Below are positions 55,644 to 59,214 of a DNA stretch of 59,214 bases, piece by piece. The notes below the pieces were generated by a model, which was not told the origin of the DNA, ran no database searches, and saw nothing but the letters and a program-made list of their open reading frames with translations. The stretch comes from Oscillospiraceae bacterium. GTDB lineage: Bacteria; Bacillota; Clostridia; Oscillospirales; Oscillospiraceae. The stretch covers positions 1 through 59,214 of the forward strand of contig JAISIK010000001.1 in NCBI GenBank assembly GCA_031262065.1. Direction: 5' to 3'. Each line of letters opens with the position of its first letter. Position 1 is the stretch's first letter. The position numbers were made by a program, and so were the translations under genes.

Positions 55644-55695
55644 TTGCAAAATCGCCCCTTATCTGCTAAAATAAGCGGATAAGGGGCGATAATTC

Positions 55696-56565
55696 ATGAT
55701 TGATGTTTGTAATCCGAATCAGATGCAATATCTGCTGAAAAAATACGGGTTTCATTTTACAAAGTCCAAGGGGCAGAATTTTCTCACCAGCCGTTGGGTG
55801 CCGCAGGAGATTGTGCGTGCAAGCGGCATGGATGCGCACTGCGGCGTTTTGGAGATTGGGCCGGGTTTCGGTCCGCTGACGCAGGAGCTGTGCCTTGCAG
55901 CCTCGAAGGTGCTCGCCCTTGAGGTCGATACAAGCCTTCGCCCGGTGCTGAATGAAACGGTCGGCAATTTCGACAATTTGGAAATTCTCTTTACAGACGC
56001 GCTCAAGGCAGACCTTCCTGCGCTGGTTTCTTCGCATTTTGCGGGACTGCGCCCTGTCGCCTGCGCCAATTTGCCGTACTATATTACATCTCCCGTGCTC
56101 TCAAAACTTCTGGAGAGCCGTGTGTTTGAACGTGTAACGGTTATGGTGCAGCGTGAGGTCGCGCTGCGCATCTGCGCAAGCCCCGGCGCGTCCGACTACT
56201 CCGCCTTTACCGTTTTTTGCAATTACCACGCCGCGCCGACCCTGCTGTTCGATGTGCCGCCGGACTGCTTTATGCCGCAGCCGAAGGTCACAAGCGCGGT
56301 CGTACAGCTGGAAACGCGCAGCGCGCCGCCCGCCGAAATTGCGGACGAGGCGATGTTCTTCCGCGTGGTACGCGCGTCATTCGCCCAGCGCAGAAAAACG
56401 CTGCTTAACACGCTGTGCGCTGCTTTTTCGCAGCTTTCCAAGCAGGAACTGTCCGCGCTGATTGCATCTTGCGGCATTTCGCCCACGGTGCGCGGCGAAA
56501 CGCTGGATATAGCGGCGTTCGCCCGTCTTTCCAACGCGCTTTTTGGGAGATTGCAGCATGTATAA
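55696..56565 (+). CDS. rsmA: 16S rRNA m6,2A1518/1519 dimethyltransferase
   Basis: KSKGQNFL, EIGPG.G.LT, ANLPYYIT, MVQREVA, F.QRRKTL. Confidence 0.96.
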   Translation: MIDVCNPNQMQYLLKKYGFHFTKSKGQNFLTSRWVPQEIVRASGMDAHCGVLEIGPGFGPLTQELCLAASKVLALEVDTSLRPVLNETVGNFDNLEILFTDALKADLPALVSSHFAGLRPVACANLPYYITSPVLSKLLESRVFERVTVMVQREVALRICASPGASDYSAFTVFCNYHAAPTLLFDVPPDCFMPQPKVTSAVVQLETRSAPPAEIADEAMFFRVVRASFAQRRKTLLNTLCAAFSQLSKQELSALIASCGISPTVRGETLDIAAFARLSNALFGRLQHV

Positions 56566-57235
56566 GCACATCTTTTTTGATTTGGACGACACTCTTCTCG
56601 ACTTCGGTTGGGCGGAGCATATCGGGCTTTGCAAGGCGTTTTCTGACCTCGGTATCTGCACAGACGAGGCGCTTTTGTCCCGCTTCAGAGAAATAAACAC
56701 GCAGCAATGGGAAAGTTTTGAACGCGGCGAGACCACCCGCGAGATACTTTTGGTTCGCAGATTTGCCCTGCTGTTTGAAGAACTGGGCTTCCCGCACGAC
56801 CCCGCCTTATGCGAAAACGCCTATCGCGAATACCTCGGGCAGGGGCATTGCTTTGTGGATGGCGCGCAGGCGCTTTTGGAATATTTGCGCCCGAAATATG
56901 CGCTGTATCTCGCATCGAACGGGATTGCGCGGGTGCAACGTTCCCGCCTGGCTAGCGCGGGAATTGCTCCCTATTTCAAAAATATTTTCATCTCGGAGGA
57001 GACGGGGTTTCATAAGCCGCAGCGGGCGTTTTTCGACTACTGCTTCGCGCGGATTCCCGATTTTTCGCAGGAAAACGCCCTAATCATCGGCGACAGCCTG
57101 ACAAGCGATATTCTCGGCGGCAATACCGCCGGCATCGACACCTGCTGGTTCAACCCCCACGCAAAACCTGCGCGCCCCGACATCGTCCCCACCATAGAAA
57201 TCCGCTCGCTGCGCGAGCTAAATACGATACTCTAG
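56558..57235 (+). CDS. YjjG-family HAD pyrimidine nucleotidase
   Basis: FFDLDDTLLDF, SNG, ISEE.G..KP, IGDSLTSDI.GG; start MYKHIFF. Confidence 0.88.
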   Translation: MYKHIFFDLDDTLLDFGWAEHIGLCKAFSDLGICTDEALLSRFREINTQQWESFERGETTREILLVRRFALLFEELGFPHDPALCENAYREYLGQGHCFVDGAQALLEYLRPKYALYLASNGIARVQRSRLASAGIAPYFKNIFISEETGFHKPQRAFFDYCFARIPDFSQENALIIGDSLTSDILGGNTAGIDTCWFNPHAKPARPDIVPTIEIRSLRELNTIL

Positions 57236-57244
57236 GAGCAGCTT

Positions 57245-59104
57245 ATGAAAACGATGTTTGCTAAACTCAAGAACGTCCCGCTTTTGAGCCATGTTTTGTG
57301 CTTTTCGAGCCTTGTGTTTTTAGACTACGCCTTTCGCTTTTTCTATCAATTTGTGGGGATTACGCCCCTGCTGAACCTAAAAACCGCCGCTTTTACCTTC
57401 GGTTGGTGCGCCATTTTCACTGCGCTGTTTTCCCTGCTTCCGCAGCTTGCGCGGCGCATTGCGATGCTGCTGAGCATCGGCATTTTCTCCCTGCTCGCGT
57501 TCACGCACAGCGTAATGTTCAATATCTTCGGGGAGTTCTTCACCTTTGCAGACCTCAACTTCGCAGGAGACGGGGCGAAATTCTTCAGCTGGACGTATCT
57601 GCGTTTGCGCTTGGCGCTGCTTGCCTGCATTTTGCTTGCCATTTTGATTATGGTGCTTGCCGCATGGCTGGCGCCGAAGAAAAAGGGCAACTGGAAAACG
57701 CGCGTTGCGGCGCTTGCGGTGATTGCCGTTTGCATTGTTCCCATGGTTATGGCGCACAATCGCCTGATTCCCGTCGAGGAAGAAGAAATGTGGTGGGGCA
57801 GCACCTTCGACCCCAACGCCGCCCTTTACAAAGATTTTACCGACTCCAACCGCTGCTTGCTGCTCACGGGGCTATACCACTATACCTTCCGTGACCTTCT
57901 TACGAGCACGGGACTTCGCAGCGACGTGCGCAGCACGCAGGAACTCGATGCGTACTTTGCCGAGCGCGAGGTGTCCGGCGCGAACGAAATGACAAGCGCT
58001 TTCGCGGGCAAAAACCTGATCATGGTCATGCTCGAATCCATCGACACATGGCTCATAACCCCGGAGTATATGCCGAATCTCTATGCGCTTCAAGAAAAAA
58101 GCGTCAATTTCACCGCATTTTATACGCCGCTGTATCTCTCGGCAGGCACATTCTGCACAGAAATCATTTCGCAAACCGGGCAAATCCCTGCAGTTTCCGG
58201 GCTTTCCAACAGCGCGTATTCCGCCAACGCCTTCCCAAATTCGCTGGCAAACCTCTTCAAAGCGCAGGGCTACCGCGCGAACGCCTTCCACAGCGCCGAC
58301 CCCATGATTTACAGCCGCGGCAGCGTGCATGCAAACCTCGGTTTCGAGAAGTACCACAGCTATGTAGACATGCAAATGGACGACTACATGCTCGACAGCC
58401 AGCTCATAAACGGCTACGATTTGATGGTCAGTGAAGCACCCTATTTCACCTATATCATCACCTACTCCGGGCATGGTCCGTACACCGAAGAAATCGGCAA
58501 CATCGCAGCGGGGCATTACGCGCAGGCGCAAGCTGCGGTTGCGGTCTCCGGCGTTACATCAAACAGCGCCAACATGGAAGAGTATACGCGCGCAGTCGCC
58601 CACGCGATGGAAACAGACCGTTTCATCGGCGAGCTGTACGCCTCGCTCGTGGCGGACGGGCACATAGAGGACACCGTTTTGCTGTTTTATGCGGATCACT
58701 ACGGGAAATATATGTCCGACAAGGACTTTCTTGCAGCGCTCAAGGGCGTTTCCGACAATGCCTACGATTTGTATCGCACACCCTGCTTCTTCTACAGCGA
58801 AGACTATCGTGCGCAGGAAGTCGGCAAGATTTCCGGCTCGATCGACCTCGTCCCGACAATCGTCAACCTCTTCGGGCTGGAAACAGACCCGCGCTACTAT
58901 GCGGGCGACGATATTTTCGGCGAGTACGGCGGCTATGTGATTCTCCCGAACTATGCGTGGTATGACGGAACAGTGTACTACGAATCCGGCTTTGCCGGGG
59001 AGATGACGCAGGAAATATCCGAACGCTGCGCGCAGGTGCGCAGGCGCATGAACGCCTCGACCGATGTTTTGAAGAGCAACTACTTCTCCACATTGCAGCA
59101 ATAG
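57245..59104 (+). CDS. LTA synthase-family (sulfatase-like) membrane protein
   Basis: Five N-terminal TM segments; NLIMVMLES, GT..TE, ITYSGHGPY, YADHY, D..PTI.NL.G. Confidence 0.85.
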   Translation: MKTMFAKLKNVPLLSHVLCFSSLVFLDYAFRFFYQFVGITPLLNLKTAAFTFGWCAIFTALFSLLPQLARRIAMLLSIGIFSLLAFTHSVMFNIFGEFFTFADLNFAGDGAKFFSWTYLRLRLALLACILLAILIMVLAAWLAPKKKGNWKTRVAALAVIAVCIVPMVMAHNRLIPVEEEEMWWGSTFDPNAALYKDFTDSNRCLLLTGLYHYTFRDLLTSTGLRSDVRSTQELDAYFAEREVSGANEMTSAFAGKNLIMVMLESIDTWLITPEYMPNLYALQEKSVNFTAFYTPLYLSAGTFCTEIISQTGQIPAVSGLSNSAYSANAFPNSLANLFKAQGYRANAFHSADPMIYSRGSVHANLGFEKYHSYVDMQMDDYMLDSQLINGYDLMVSEAPYFTYIITYSGHGPYTEEIGNIAAGHYAQAQAAVAVSGVTSNSANMEEYTRAVAHAMETDRFIGELYASLVADGHIEDTVLLFYADHYGKYMSDKDFLAALKGVSDNAYDLYRTPCFFYSEDYRAQEVGKISGSIDLVPTIVNLFGLETDPRYYAGDDIFGEYGGYVILPNYAWYDGTVYYESGFAGEMTQEISERCAQVRRRMNASTDVLKSNYFSTLQQ

Positions 59105-59105
59105 C

Positions 59106-59144
59106 AAAAGCCCGTCTGCAGTTTCGTACGGCAGACGGGTTTTT
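59106..59144 (+). terminator. Intrinsic terminator
   Basis: AAAAGCCCGTCTGC-loop-GCAGACGGGTTTTT. Confidence 0.8.
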
Positions 59145-59214
59145 ACACAAAAATTGGTTGCATTTTGCTCGCAAAGATGCTATACTGGCAAAAAATGCGG
59201 GTATAGTTCATCGG

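Noticed and set aside
881-59174. Many long antisense or overlapping ORFs (e.g. 1404-2411, 16786-18303, 47109-48785, 54423-55649)
   Set aside because: These are shadow frames opposite well-supported genes in GC-rich DNA and have no motifs or RBS.

Overview
GC-rich chromosomal segment from a spore-forming Firmicute, probably Clostridia/Oscillospiraceae-like (inferred from the T-box, pdaA, a BofC-like gene, 6S RNA and gene order). The main accessory feature is an ~11 kb minus-strand bacterial microcompartment (BMC) locus at 875-11908. It encodes a DeoR regulator, Fe-alcohol dehydrogenase, PduL, an unknown cargo-like protein, a CoA-acylating aldehyde dehydrogenase, PduS, PduT, three BMC-H, three BMC-P, two DeoC-family aldolases and TpiA. 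It resembles a sugar-phosphate-utilisation metabolosome for deoxyribose-5-phosphate but has unusual features. One DeoC has a CxxCxxCxxxCP Fe-S motif in its C-terminal tail, the second has a remodelled phosphate loop, there is no RpiB, and all three hexamers have PSPH instead of PRPH. Repeated TTTGAGCGAT boxes are candidate DeoR operators. A structured, transposase-less element with inverted ends lies just downstream (344-861). The rest is mostly core genes: pit/DUF47, LCP, pdaA, ylxM-ffh-rpsP-khpA, murD-ispD-ispF, rnpB, a Clp ATPase, truA, ECF, PBP1A, 6S RNA, tcdA, PerR-rubrerythrin, minD-mgsA-like-dapH, a Na/Pi transporter, a nucleoside ABC system, ade, queH, T-box-thrS, a G5/3D protein, rsmA and an LTA synthase-like gene. 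Smaller oddities include an uncalled 47-aa Cys-rich ORF, a Walker A K-to-T change in Clp, a Zn-ribbon-like insert in PBP1A, a degenerate MgsA and an AT-rich orphan gene. All calls come from reading motifs by eye; no database searches were run. Start codons were adjusted using RBS positions.
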